64,000 nucleotides of DNA from Octopus bimaculoides (GCF_001194135.2 NC_068994.1:15251275-15315274), one strand, 5' to 3'; shown: positions 23,613-37,729, numbered from the stretch's first letter. The notes: generated by a model not told the origin, from the letters alone. Made by a program: numbers and translations.

Positions 23613-25076
23613 TTAAGCTAGTGTTTGGAACAGACATTAGCATGAAGTTAGGCTATTTTAATTTAGAACCCTTTAAAACAGAAAGTTAATATCATAGAAC
23701 TAAGGGCAATCTCAGACAGGTGATGCCAAAAGGGTTAAGTCATCTGAGCAAGCTTAGAATTCAATTCAATTATAAACACTGATTTTCACGATCTTAAAAA
23801 CTTGCTATCTGTCAATTAAATTTTCATGAATTTTTTTACTTAGGATTTTTATGAATTTTTTTTACTTAGGATTCTTAGACAAAACAATCCTCAATGTTTT
23901 TTTTGTTTCTTTTTTCCCGACTAGTGAACTAATTAGGAAGCACTTAGTGTCCCAGTTCCCAAAACCCAGACAAATGATGGAAGTGAAATACTAATTAATA
24001 AAAACAAACAAAAAAAAAACAATATTACCTAAAGGATAGATTTGTTTTTGATTATTGTACAGGATTTTATTTTTTCTCTGTAAGAAACTGTTACTAATTC
24101 ACGTTAGTGTTTTTTCAATCCTGAACCTCAAAAGCGCTGTAAAAGTATGTGTTTGTAAGATGATGGGGTAGCAATTACATAGTCTCATATTCCTCATGCT
24201 TTATTTATGAAATTATCTTTATCCCTTTGTAGTGAATTGGTAAACATTCAAAAGGGTTTTGTTTGTGTGTGTGTATGTGTATTGTTGACATCATAAGAAT
24301 TTAGATTCTTTGAGAGAACATGAAATAATTCTTCTATTGAATGATTAAACTCAAAGCAGTTAAAACTATAAATAATAGCATGTAAATATTGGGTTAAAAA
24401 ACCTTTGGCTTTTTCTAGCCAAAAGATTTAGTCAACACTTTTGAACATATATTGGCCAGCACTGATACCCAAGTATTTTTGGTAGATCTGATGCAAAATG
24501 CATTAAGTTCAAAACTTAAAAGGTTTTGCTTCAAGGCAAACAATGTCTGACTGTTTTTACAACAAGGATCCCATAAACATGACAGTTGTTAGTGCAAACA
24601 GGAAATGCACAAAAGACTGATCAGAAATTATAATATATTATACACCAGATGTACCTGAATGGCTATCAGCACGTACAGCCTCCAGGAGTATAATTACATT
24701 GATGATATTAGTGTCAATTTTGTCACTGCTGATTATATAATGGAGATGGGATTAAGTTATTACGACACTGCTGTATCTTATAGCAAATATACTTTATCAT
24801 TATGCCTTCTTTCTCATGCTGACATGGGTTGGACAGTTTATCATAGTCTGATTCAGCTTTTATTTGGAGTGGCTGCCTTCTGAGTCTGCTAGGTGCATTT
24901 TATCATGAAGATTGCCTTGTCCTCAGAACAACTAAAGAGTCATTTCTACTCTATGTCCTATGCTAACTCTTTCTTGATTGAAACCTACATACATGCATAC
25001 ATTATTGATGCATGCATGTACGTAACTCCTACTAAATGTGTTAAGTACTCATTTCTTTCATTTGTTCACTTGCATA

Positions 25077-25125
<49 letters not shown>

Positions 25126-25159
25126 AAGTAAAGTTAGGTATTACCACACAAGTAAAAAT

Positions 25160-25842
25160 ATAAGGAAAAGAATCTGAAATGCAGGAGTCTTTTAAAAGTA
25201 TTTATTAACTTAACTGGTTTCACTTACTTAAAAAGATTTTCAAAAGTGAAGTGTGAGGTAGTGTGTATTTTCTGTGGTGTCAAAAATTAGTTTACAAAAA
25301 TGTATTGGAATCAAGTGATAGTCTTTGACAATGATAAGAAAAGATTTGAGGCTTTGTGTATTCTCTGTGAGAAATCAAAAAATAGTTTACATAAAGACAT
25401 TCAAATCAGGTAATAGAATTTTTTTATAATGATAAGAAGCAAAAATTAGTTTACATGAATATATCTCAATCAAGTAATAGTCTTTGACAAGAAAATAAAA
25501 TATGTATATCTTTTGTAATGAATCAAGAAATAGTTCACATAAAAACATTCAGATCAGATAAAACTTTTTCATAGTGATAAGAAGATGAAAATTAGTTTCT
25601 GAATGTTTTTTATGTAAACTATTTCTTGACTCATTACAGAGGATACACAAAGCCTCAAACTGTTTCTTATCATTGTCAAAGACTCTATCACTTGATTTAA
25701 ACATATTTTTGTAAACTAATTTTTGGCACCACAAGGATACACAAAAACCTCACACTTGTGAAAATCTTTTTAAATAAGTGAAACCAGTTAAGTTAATAAA
25801 TACTTTTAAACGACTCCTGCATTTTCAGATTCTTTTTCTTAT
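25160..25842. mobile_element. Foldback-like element / long-TIR MITE
   Basis: 25160-25403 and 25600-25842 are inverted copies, for example aatctgaaatgcaggagtc...aactggtttcactta versus taagtgaaaccagtt...gactcctgcattttcagatt. The interior is built of direct subrepeats (aattagtttaca...). Confidence 0.85.
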
Positions 25843-28618
25843 GTATATATAATTAATGGGCATTTGTGTGTGTGTCTGAGAGAGATATAGTCTACAGCAG
25901 TAAAATATGTGACTTAAAATTAGTAATGCAAGGATTGGTGAAGAATTAATCGAATGTAATAATCCAGTGGATGTGCAGTGTTGATTTACCAGATTAGGAA
26001 AGCATATAGTGGAAAAAGAATCTGGTTGATTTGGCCTGTTAATCCATTTGTGTTAATTATTTAAAGACTTCAGTTTTCATTTAGGAAAATTACCACAGAA
26101 TGTTTCACCTTACCAGAGTTTACTGGGAGGCTTTCCTATATTTTCTTAACAGCTAAATTACTACCCAAACATAAGATTTAGATAACATAAAGTGACTATT
26201 GAAATGTGCTACTGTTTAATATTTGTTGATTTATCCCTGTGACATCAAAAATAATAGGTATAAATAGTCATATATTAAGATAAATTGTCCTTATATTTAA
26301 ATTTAAATGTACCTTTAAAAATAATAGGATGATCTCCATTATAAATTATTTGCATCATGCTGAGAGCACATTAAAGCAAACTTGACATTCTGTATTAGAT
26401 AACCTACATCAGAAATGGTGCCATAAAATCCTTTGCCTTCCTTCTTTCTCTCTTTCTCTGCATATATTTTTCCATGCTAAAAAATTCCATCAGTTAGGGA
26501 GTTTCTAGATTGCTGCTTACTCAATATATTATTGTGCGTAGATTTAATAGAACATCAGTACTATAGCTTTCAACAGTAAAGGAGTTAGGAAAGTGGGCAA
26601 CAACAAATGAAAGTTGATAAGAAACACAAAGCTAACAAAAACTGGTGGGTGTTCTCTTTTCAAACTAAAGTAGAAGTGTTTCCTGCATTGAAACCAGCTC
26701 TGAATATCAGATTAGTTTAGTTCTCCAGCCATCTCCCTCCCATCCATTTTGTTGACTTTATTTTATTCCATATGCATTTTTACATTTCCTTGTGTTCAAA
26801 TTTATTTTCTTTGCCTTTTTTTTTTACAGTCAATCTTTTTTTCCTTGGCTTTAAATAATGTCCAAAATTGCATGCAATTTTCAACTTATTTATGTAAAGA
26901 ACCAAAATATCTTGCATACTTTTAGGTGTAAAATGTGCATATACCACAAGATATGCATTTGGCTTATTNNNNNNNNNNTAGTTATTTTTTTTTTCATGTT
27001 TATTAAATGTTTTATTTAATATTGTTTTATTTAATATTGTTTTATTATTTACCTTTGTTTTTAGCATATAATCTTTCTTCAACTTGCTAGAAAGTGTAAT
27101 CGCTTGGTGTCTTAATTTTCAGCTGTTATAAATGTCCTCCTGCATTCAGTCTAGATACCTTCTGAAGATTTTTACTATGTTGTTAAGGTTATATCTATAA
27201 AGCTATGCTTTGTTTCTTCCTATAATGAAGTGTTGCAAAATGTTAGTGTAAGAATTTTTTCTATCCAAATTATGATAATTGGGGTGGGGGTGGTTGTCAA
27301 GAGCAGTGTACCAAGGGATTATCTTGGTCTTAACCAAACTGAGAAGTTTGCGAGTTGTTTTGGTGTCTTACAGTATTTAAATCCTTGAAGTATAACTGGA
27401 ATATTTTAAAACAAAAAATTATGGATATTTACAAAAAATAATTTTGTAATTTAAGAATGATAAACACTTGCAAACATATACAGATGCAGTGTAGTTAAAA
27501 AAATTGGACCATGAAGTTATGGTCAAGTAGTGGAATTGGCTGCTATAAGTTGAGTCCACTCTTTTCCTTTGTCACATTGTTTAAAAACAATAACAACTTC
27601 TACTTTTGTTAGTAATTAGTATCAGGAAGAGCATTCTTCTGTGAAACACTTTTCCCAACAATTTTTTATGTTATGGTGGGTAAAAATGTTTTGGTTTTTA
27701 GTATTTCAGTTGCATGCACTAACAGAGTTGAAAAGGTTTGTAAAATTTTTAATTTGGGCACATAATGAAATGCCTTTATTTTTGCATACCCTTTCAACTT
27801 GTAATTACTCCACTAGAAAAAGGAAACTATATCTATTTTTTGGCTGCCATTAGAAAGCAAAGTTTATTTCTATTCGATGTCATTGTCTGTATACTAAGTC
27901 ATTGACTTCCTAGCCACTTTGACACACATATGCATTAGTAATAACCTTTCAGAAAGTACTCTAGTTTTGCTTATATTCTTATCCTTATTGTTGTTGTTAT
28001 TGTTGTAACTGAGCTGATCACTAGCTTAAAAGATATTTCCTTTTTAAGTATTTAGCTGATGGTAAAATTCACAAAGAACCTTAAGTTTGTTTTGTGTATT
28101 TGATGTGCTATTAGTTATGAAAATCTCACTAAAGACTCCAGACTGTTATAATTATATTGTTCATTAAAATTTTGGCAATCTGTAAGACAGAAGGTTGTAT
28201 ACTTGTGTCCAATGACCTAGGATTTCAATTTCTCACAAAAGCATTTAGATTCTTAAATAAGTTTAACTGAGAATTACTATCTTGAAAGTACTGATATTCT
28301 TCTATTCATAGTTTTTATATATATATATAGTAAAAGTATCTTATTTCTAAAATAATGAACTGCTTAGCCTACCATGTAGATGACCCACAACCAATTATTG
28401 CGATAAAAATCTGGTAGCTTAGTAGCATAGAACTAATCTCAGGTCTGTCCATTCCTGAATTGGACTGCTATCTGTATTGATAACCGTTTCCTCATTCTTA
28501 CAGCTTACATTTGTGTTATGTAAGTAGTGAGATTAAAGCAAGTGCAGCAATATGATATCCTGCTATCAGTCTCTGACTAGAAGTCATTGGAAAAAGTTGA
28601 CTGTGCACCCTAGTAAAT

Positions 28619-28903
28619 TTGTTGTTGTTGTTGTTGTTGTTGGCACTCCGTCGCTTACGACGTCGAGGGTTCCAGTTGATCCGATCAACAGAACAGCCTG
28701 CTCGTGAAAGTAACGTGCAAGTGGCTGAGCACTCCACAGACATGTGTACCCTTAACGTAGTTCTCGGGGGATATTCAGCGTGACACAGTGTGACAAGGCT
28801 GGCCCTTTGAATTACAGGCACAACAGAAACAGGAAGTAAGAGTGAGAAAAAGTTGTGGTGAAAGAGTATAGCAGGGTTCGCCACCATCCCCTGCCAGGGC
28901 CTC
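28619..28903 (-). mobile_element. SINE family F 3' part with (CAA)n tail, cut by a gap
   Basis: (gtt)n followed by gagggttccagttgatccgatcaac...gtacccttaacgtagttctc. A second copy lies at 52878-53020. Confidence 0.7.
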
Positions 28904-29332
28904 NNNNNNNNNNNNNNNNNNNNNNNNNNNNNNNNNNNNNNNNNNNNNNNNNNNNNNNNNNNNNNNNNNNNNNNNNNNNNNNNNNNNNNNNNNNNNNNNN
29001 NNNNNNNNNNNNNNNNNNNNNNNNNNNNNNNNNNNNNNNNNNNNNNNNNNNNNNNNNNNNNNNNNNNNNNNNNNNNNNNNNNNNNNNNNNNNNNNNNNNN
29101 NNNNNNNNNNNNNNNNNNNNNNNNNNNNNNNNNNNNNNNNNNNNNNNNNNNNNNNNNNNNNNNNNNNNNNNNNNNNNNNNNNNNNNNNNNNNNNNNNNNN
29201 NNNNNNNNNNNNNNNNNNNNNNNNNNNNNNNNNNNNNNNNNNNNNNNNNNNNNNNNNNNNNNNNNNNNNNNNNNNNNNNNNNNNNNNNNNNNNNNNNNNN
29301 NNNNNNNNNNNNNNNNNNNNNNNNNNNNNNNN

Positions 29333-29370
<38 letters not shown>

Positions 29371-31332
29371 TTTATGTACCTTATATATTATTAAAATATC
29401 TTTGATTCAAAGGTAGTTTTATTATAATGAACAATAGATGAATGATAAGATCTTGATGAGAAGAAAATTGATTCTTCAACATTAATTTATAATTATGTGC
29501 TTTGATTTTAAACTGGTTTTGGTCTATCAGTGTTAATGATTGTTTCCTTATTCTATAGAAGTATGTGGTAGCATTCTGCACCAATGATAAGATTATGATG
29601 ACTGGAGTTTAACTTAGTTTTGATTTTCATCGCATTTATATTAGTAATATCCTTTGGTATCTTCTCTTGCTGATAAATCTGAAGTTTAATGAAATAAGAA
29701 ACTTTATTTTCTGTAATTATGAATAGTTGTTGATACATAATTTCACAACTGCAAAAAAAAAATATTGATGATTTAAAAAAAATAATACTGGCCTAAAAAA
29801 CTAAATATTTCAGTGAAAGAAATTCAATCCTATTTCAGATTTCATTTATTTGCCTATTTATATTGCTTCGTGTCTCTGATCTCCGCTTCCTAATTAACTC
29901 TGAGTCAAGTCAATAAGCCATCTTAAAAACACTTATAGATGTTTTAATGTTATTTTGCTTATATAAAACTGTCCAACCTCACAACCTGATACAGTTTTAT
30001 TATATTACCAGTGTAGGATTCATTAAAAATGATGGGGTTTATTTCTGGCTCCTTATCTTTCTGCTTCAAACCTTGCTCCATTTTCATCTTGTCTCTTTTC
30101 AGATATATTTTTATCATTTTACCTCAAACTTTGCTTCAATTTCCTTTTTCGTGTTTTTTTGTTATATTGCAACAGTTCATCTTCTCTGCAAATCACATCA
30201 AGGCATTGACTTCTTGTGATAATCTTTATCTTCTTTCTGCAATTCAAAATTGAGCTGTTTCTCTGTGGTTGAGGATTTCCTCTTTTTGACTTGCAATTAC
30301 CTGAGGTAGATTTGAAAAACCATCTCTTGACTTCTTTACTTTTAACCCCCACCTGCCCACACACACACATCACTATTTCTTACACACACACACTTAATTA
30401 TTTTTCATGTATATANNNNNNNNNNNNNNNNNNNNNNNNNNNNNNNNNNNNNNNNNNNNNNNNNNNNNNNNNNNNNNNNNNNNNNNNNNNNNNNNNNNNN
30501 NNNNNNNNNNNNNNNNNNNNNNNNNNNNNNNNNNNNNNNNNNNNNNNNNNNNNNNNNNNNNNNNNNNNNNNNNNNNNNNNNNNNNNNNNNNNNNNNNNNN
30601 NNNNNNNNNNNNNNNNNNNNNNNNNNNNNNNNNNNNNNNNNNNNNNNNNNNNNNNNNNNNNNNNNNNNNNNNNNNNNNNNNNNNNNNNNNNNNNNNNNNN
30701 NNNNNNNNNNNNNNNNNNNNNNNNNCATCATAGAAAAAGGGAAACAAGCCAATAAAAAAGGGACATGTGACTTGACCTTTTATGATTTTTTTTTGTTTTT
30801 TTTTTAAATTTAATCCCTGTAGGATAGGATTAATTTTCACTGAAGATATTATCTCTAGTTCATAGTTTATTTTTCAATCTTAAAGACTTTTTTTCTCAAT
30901 AAAATCCTTTTGCATTGGTGATCAGCTCAGAGAATGAAAAAGATGTTGTCATATCTGTGTATTGCTATTATTTTTCTTAACTGCCTTATACACTTAATTG
31001 TGAAACACAAACACTAAATGTGTGCTTATATGTGTGTGTGTGTGTGTGTTGATTGAACATGATTTAAGCTCTGGAATAAATGACAGTGTGTCAAACTGCT
31101 TTTAAAACTTTGTCCTCAATTTATAAAGGCTGACTAATTAAAGTGTGTGTTTGCGTGTCTGTATGTGTATACGTGTGGTGTATTTTAACCCTGTGTAGCT
31201 TGTGGCCTGAAGTAAATGCTCCTAGTGTGTTGCCATAAATGTCCCATCCTTACTCTTATTTAACATAGCGGTGGTAGAACTAACTAGTTGTTGGTTCATG
31301 TGTATAATAAAATTTATTGCTCTTCTCTGCAG

Positions 31333-31443
31333 GTTCGGAGCTCTTCTTATCTGGGTTACCCTGGCTACAGTGGGACAGGTTCCCTGCCCCGTCACCGCTA
31401 TTCCTGGTCTTCCTCCGACTATAGCCGTGCTTGGAAACATTAG
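31333..31443 (+). CDS. Probable alternative last exon (phase 0): VRSSSYLGYPGYSGTGSLPRHRYSWSSSDYSRAWKH*
   Basis: Branch-like actaac near 31279, ctcttctctgcag acceptor, a GC/CpG-rich island, frame matching the 22316 donor, a TAG stop, and AATAAA at 31673. Ser/Tyr/Gly composition resembles the preceding exon. Confidence 0.72.
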   Translation, partial: VRSSSYLGYPGYSGTGSLPRHRYSWSSSDYSRAWKH

Positions 31444-31828
31444 GCACAGTTAGCTAAGTCCTGTTGCCTGATACCCCAGGATTTTAACTTCATGTACTAT
31501 TACTATTCTCAGTCTCTCTGCTTTATTTTTTTTTAATCTTTACTTTGTTGTTTGCTTGGGTTTTACCCCTACTTTTATTTCACCAAATTTCATAGTGAAT
31601 GCAACAGTAGCAACAGCAGCAGCAGCAACATTAATTTCAATACCAACATTTTTTAAACAAAAAAATAATAATAATAAATACCCCACTCTGTCCCTATTTG
31701 GTATTTTATTTTTTCAGAAATAGATTTCTTCCTTAACACTCTAGAAATGTCTCATTCATTGAATTCACATTAATCATCATTTCTCTTTGGTCTCTCTTTC
31801 TGTCAAAATATTGTTTTATCTAAAAGGG

Positions 31829-31875
<47 letters not shown>

Positions 31876-34371
31876 CAAGATAATTTTTTAATCATTAGTG
31901 TTTCAAGTTTAAATGACTGAGTGGATGTAATGTTGGGCCATCATTTGAAATATCTTTGTTCATTCTCTTTGTTACCGGTGTTAATGTTATACTATAAGAA
32001 AGTCTTCCTCTCATTCTGTTTCACCAGAGGATTCAGATCAGATAAGCATTGGGAGTATACAACCTAGTGACGAAGTACTAAATTAACTGTAAACTAATGT
32101 CTAGTTTAGTGATGATCTTCTACTAGAATCCAAAAGTTAATTCAATATGTGTTTTGTTAATTAAATTACGTGGTGGTGGTAATATTGTGGTAAGTTGGTC
32201 CATGCTCATTCTGGTGACTGGTTTTGATACCCGGTGGAAGAAGTTTCACTTCCCTTGCTAAAAAGGTGCCTGTGAAAGAAACCCAAAAAATGTTCATGGC
32301 TACCACAACTTAGCATTTCTAGTAATAAAATCTTTGAGATATACATAAATGTCCCAGCTGTACATAATCTTTTATTCATATGTGTAAGATATTTATAGAT
32401 GTGTTGTGGTTGGATATTTAACTTAATGAGACTAAAAGACTGAAAGTTATGAGAGCAACCTCTGTCACCAATATGGTATTCCTCCTTTGGAAATGAGCTG
32501 CATTAATCTCCTTGCCTTTGTTTGATTTACCTATTTTAAACATATATGTATGACCATCAATTGATAGTGTGTTTTAGAAAGTATATAACTGTAAAACTGT
32601 TTTTGTAAATTAAATGCAAAACTGTTTGTTTTTATTAAACTCGTGAGAAAGTGGGACTAGCTTCTCTTTAAAAAGGAGAATTTGTTACTAACAGTGTGTT
32701 CTTTTTTGGAACGCTGAATCTTGAAACTGATATAAAGTTATAAATAATAGTGTGTAAATTTCGGATTTAAAAACCCTTTGGATGAAGTCAAATACTGCCA
32801 GTGGGGCTTGAACCCACATCTCCTGTAAACAGGCTTTTCCTTTTAAGTTGGTCAAAGAAACACCTTCATGCATCTGTTTTCAAAAGCCCTTTGGATAAGA
32901 TTTTATCTTTGAGCCTAAGTAAATGAAATTTAGATTATGATCATCCAAATAACTCACCTTCTAGATACCAACAGTAATCAGTGCCGACTGATATGCGATT
33001 CAGATTTCTTTTATCTAACTTACTATCAACTAGAAAGATATGCAAAGGTCAAGAAAGGAGCCTGTACAAAGTTACTATCTGCTTGATATAGCAGCCAAAT
33101 TTCACCCAAATTAGATCCCACTGTCTGAAACATAAAAGTTGGAATGGTCATGGCTAGAATACCTTTGATCCCAAGTCTGTTCTATCAAAGTTAATCTGGG
33201 GGCCAAGAACAGCTATCAAATGCTCATAGATGAAGAGTGAACTCAATATCCATCTCAAACTTTGAAATTCTTTCCCAGTAGAATCTATGCATCCATCCAT
33301 TTTCCCACCCACTATTCCTTGGAGGGTTATGGGAGGTAGAAACCTTAGGCACTTTCCTCCATAGAGTCCTATCAGAAGCAATCATTATTACACTTTCAAG
33401 TTGGATTCCCAAGCAGGATCAACTGAGTCTATGGATATTATCCAACCATCTCCATTCTTGATCTTCTCCTAGATCTGTCAGTTGGTTTAGTATGAAGAAT
33501 CTGTTTTTGGAATTCTTTCCAGTGACATTCTAATTTTATTGATTTTGTGCAGATTCTATGATATAGAATTTGACATCAAGGTGTGAAATATCCAGTTCAA
33601 TGCCTTAGATATACCAAATTCCAACTAATAGCATCAAAATTATTTAACCTTTCTTTCTTTATTTAGAGAGGAACTATTCCTTAAGTTCCTTTCCCCCCCC
33701 CCTGTGAGCAAAATTTGTAACACCTAACTAATCTCAGTAATTTTAGTTAATTTATATTGCTTATGTCCATAGGGAAAGGCATGAACATTTCAATTTCCCT
33801 TCTAGAAGTAATTTCAAGGTTATATAAATAGAAAAAAAAAGACATATATAGTAAGTGCTCGATTTGAACATTAATTTTTGAAAGGAGATTACATATTCAA
33901 TAACTCCTGTAATTTCTAGAATCAGTGTATATCTATCTAGATACTCCTGTTTGTGTGTGTGGGTGGTGTGTCTCATATTATCGTTAAAAGTAGCTGAGTA
34001 GTTAAGGTAGTAACATCCTTGTGAAATACTTTATTTTACTTTGCCTCCTTTCATTAAGCTATCAGTTATTTACCAGATCACCTAAGGTTTTTATCTGACA
34101 GACCATTGTCCTTTCCAATGAGAGATGTATCACATCAGCTAAGCACTGGTCCCTAAAAGCCCTTTATATCTTAGATTAGCATTCCCCAAACTTCTTTTGC
34201 TGCAGAATCCTTATATGATTTTTTTCCCTCCAAAAGTCATAGAACCTATTATCATATTTTGCAGACAATCCCCACCAGCCAGTTTTAATAAGACTTCGAA
34301 TTAGGCAAATATTATTTTGGAGAGAAAATCTCATTCATTCATTTATTCATACATATATATATATATATATT

Positions 34372-34419
<48 letters not shown>

Positions 34420-35282
34420 AAAGAATAGAACTTACAGCATGTTATCATTTTGAAAAAAAGTAAATACCTCACCATGTTTTATTTTTAAGTACATTTTCTG
34501 TTTATTAAATTTTATTAAGAAGCACCTCATTTTGTGANNNNNNNNNNNNNNNNNNNNNNNNNNNNNNNNNNNNNNNNNNNNNNNNNNNNNNNNNNNNNNN
34601 NNNNNNNNNNNNNNNNNNNNNNNNNNNNNNNNNNNNNNNNNNNNNNNNNNNNNNNNNNNNNNNNNNNNNNNNNNNNNNNNNNNNNNNNNNNNNNNNNNNN
34701 NNNNNNNNNNNNNNNNNNNNNNNNNNNNNNNNNNNNNNNNNNNNNNNNNNNNNNNNNNNNNNNNNNNNNNNNNNNNNNNNNNNNNNNNNNNNNNNNNNNN
34801 NNNNNNNNNNNNNNNNNNNNNNNNNNNNNNNNNNNNNNNNNNNNNNNNNNNNNNNNNNNNNNNNNNNNNNNNNNNNNNNNNNNNNNNNCAGCCATGCCTA
34901 TGAAGTTTTGTAACACTCCTTATTCTAACTATAATAAACATCCAGTTGGAAGAATATTGTTTTTCAACATGATTGCCTGTTTCTGTATCACATCCTGTGC
35001 TTCCGCTGGAAGTTTTATTTTTATCGAAGTAATCTTCATTGATCTTGAAAGAGTCTCTTTTTTTTTAAACTTTTATTTGGCAGGTCAGCATAACATGAAA
35101 GAAAACATTTACAATTTTATTAACAATTTTTTTTTTGTTGAGATTCTGAAATTTTACTTTACACTGAAACATAACTGAAGCTTGTTGAATTTAGCATTGC
35201 TGTTACTTTAACTGTTGATTGCCCCTGTCTGGCAGTTGCTATTCTCAGGAATATGCAGTGTCATTCAACAGTTTTATTGTTT

Positions 35283-35400
35283 TGTTGCTGCTGGTGTTAC
35301 TTCTTTCACTACTGCTACTCTTATTTCTATTACTATTACTACTACTACTACCACTACTACTATTATCATTGCTGCTACTGCTATCATTACCAAAACAATT
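35283..35400. repeat. Compound trinucleotide microsatellite (GCT/ACT/ATT)
   Basis: actactactact...attatcattgctgctactgct. Confidence 0.8.
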
Positions 35401-36935
35401 ATTATATACATTCCAATATTCTGGACACTATCTTCATCCATTTTCCTGCTTTTGTTTTCTTCTGTTTTTGAATTTATGATTTCTTTTATCCATTGCCTGT
35501 ATTTCTAACTCTTTTATTTGAGATTTTTTTTGTTGTTTTTTTTTGTTTGTTTTTCATTTCCAAGTCATTTTGTCGAGAATGCTCCTCTACCATTCTTTAA
35601 AATCTCTGAAAACAAAATACTCTGAATATTGAATATAATCTTGAAAATCCACACTTCATTTATACATCTGCTACCTTGAAGTGTAGAATTCAATAATTTG
35701 AAGAATAGGTCATTGCTAGTTTATGGTGCTTTTGGATTTGAACCAAATATGTACCCATTGTATCATGAATTACTGGTGCAAAACATATTCCTGAACAGTG
35801 GTGCCAAACTCACTTTATGGTCCATTGATCAATGATAGGAAGGCATTTGACTTAAAAACACTTCAACATTTATACTTTCTTATTTCTTGCCATGGTAATC
35901 AAAGATGTGGTATGAACAGTTTGTGTGTGCATGTATATGTGTTAGAAAGAAAGAGAGAGAGAGAGAGAAAGAGAGAGCTGTTTATTTTCTGCATTCATCT
36001 TAACATTTTCTAACAGTTATTACTTACACTACTATTGCCAGGCACCATGTTGCTACATTGTACTTGATCACTGATAATAAATTGAAGCCTCTACATTACC
36101 CCTCTTCTCCAGCATAGGGATTGCGACCAAGTTTACAAAATTTGAAAAATAAATATGATATTGTACGCATATGATATATAGAATATAAGTAAGTTTATAT
36201 GATTCATATGTATTATTCTCCCTAGTCTCAATAAATTCCATTCAGCAATTTCTAATTGCTGTTCTACTTTTATAAGAGATGCTAATGTGAAATCTCAGAA
36301 GAATTGGTAGACTGACTACATTAATATTTCTTTCATTTTATTTTGAATCTATTTTGTGTGTCTGTGTGTATCTTGCCATGGCATCATCTTCTTCTATTCA
36401 GCATTGTCTAGCTGTCAAAAGTATTTTTTGGTAATTGTAATCATATGCTGATGTCTAATATTGTTCCACCGTAACAATCCTAGTTCTAATTTAATTATTT
36501 TAACAATGGCATCAATTACATAATGAGTTGTATTGATCAAAGTAGAAACGTTTTCAACTGAAATGCCATAGAACACTCCTAACATATACACACAAACACT
36601 CACAACTATTGTCAGTATTTCTATGTTAAGAGAAATCAATCCCATTGCTTTATCCTCTTCTGAGCTTTTGCCTGCTTTCAGCCACTATAGATTACATCAG
36701 GCATCATTTTGCAGTTCCTCTATTAATTGTTTTTCTGTTTGCTCAACCCACATGTTTGTCTCTTACCTCTGACTACCTTATAGCACATGATGTGTGAATG
36801 CTTTCACTGTTAGCATCTATCATACATTTTGCATGTTGTTTCAATAATACATCTATGCATGCTGCTTTGTGTTACATTTATTAATTACTCTACATGCATG
36901 TTGCCTTATTGGACTTACACGTGTGTACACTTATT

Positions 36936-36973
<38 letters not shown>

Positions 36974-37663
36974 TCCATTTGCAGTGTGCATGTGTGTGTG
37001 CCCATGTGCATGTAGTTTTGAATTGGTTTGCAGTGTATATTCCTGTTGATATAAGTTGGCTGAGTGAATTTTCTTTTTCTTTCTACTAATGTTTGAATTA
37101 ATTATTTTACATGTGATATAAGATAACGAATTTGTTTCAGATACAGCCAACAAAAGACCTTTGATATTTTCTTAAATTAGATCCCCAAACAAAATGCTTT
37201 GCAGTGCCCTTCCTCAGCATTTATTTATTAAAGTTTTTAAAACTTTACTTCCAAAGTAATCATAGCATAATTAGTTACCATTGTACCGGTAGATGAATAC
37301 ATTTTTTTTTTTTTTTTTTTTTTTTGTTAATGTAATAATTATGGTATTTAATGTACAGCTTTCTCTCTTTCTCTTACACTCTATAAAATTCCTCAAAATT
37401 ATCTTGCAGTATTTTCTAAATAACAAATACTGAAATCTCTTTCTTTAAAAAGATTATCTTCTATTTGGAGAGGTTCTGTTCTGTTTTGAATTTTAACAAA
37501 TAAGATTTACTAATAACTAATATTTTAACTTAAGTATGTCAGTAGAGAAACTATTTAACAGTAGATATAAACTGGGTTTGTTTGTTTCTGTTGTATTTTC
37601 TATTATCTTATTACACGGTATTTGTTTTTGACTCTTGAAGCTTAGATATCAATGCTTTTGTAG

Positions 37664-37729
37664 GATTCTGTTGGCAAGCCTATTAGATCTTCTAGTGTCG
37701 GAGATTTAAGGGCTAGGTTTTCTCTACAG
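37664..37729 (+). CDS. Internal exon (66 nt, phase 0-0): DSVGKPIRSSSVGDLRARFSLQ
   Basis: gcttttgtag acceptor, cag|gtaagc donor, and in frame with both the 22316 donor and the 39767 acceptor. Confidence 0.82.

Larger units (their letters stand above)
22778..23738. mobile_element. TTAA-flanked MITE (piggyBac-type ends) carrying nested insertions
   Basis: Ends TTAAcccttttg ... caaaagggTTAA. The body matches copies at 44782, 57235 and 59288 and is interrupted at cattattaag. Confidence 0.75.

Noticed and set aside
35215-35508. Overlapping ORFs rich in Thr, Leu or Tyr
   Set aside because: They are products of a compound trinucleotide microsatellite with no splice signals.
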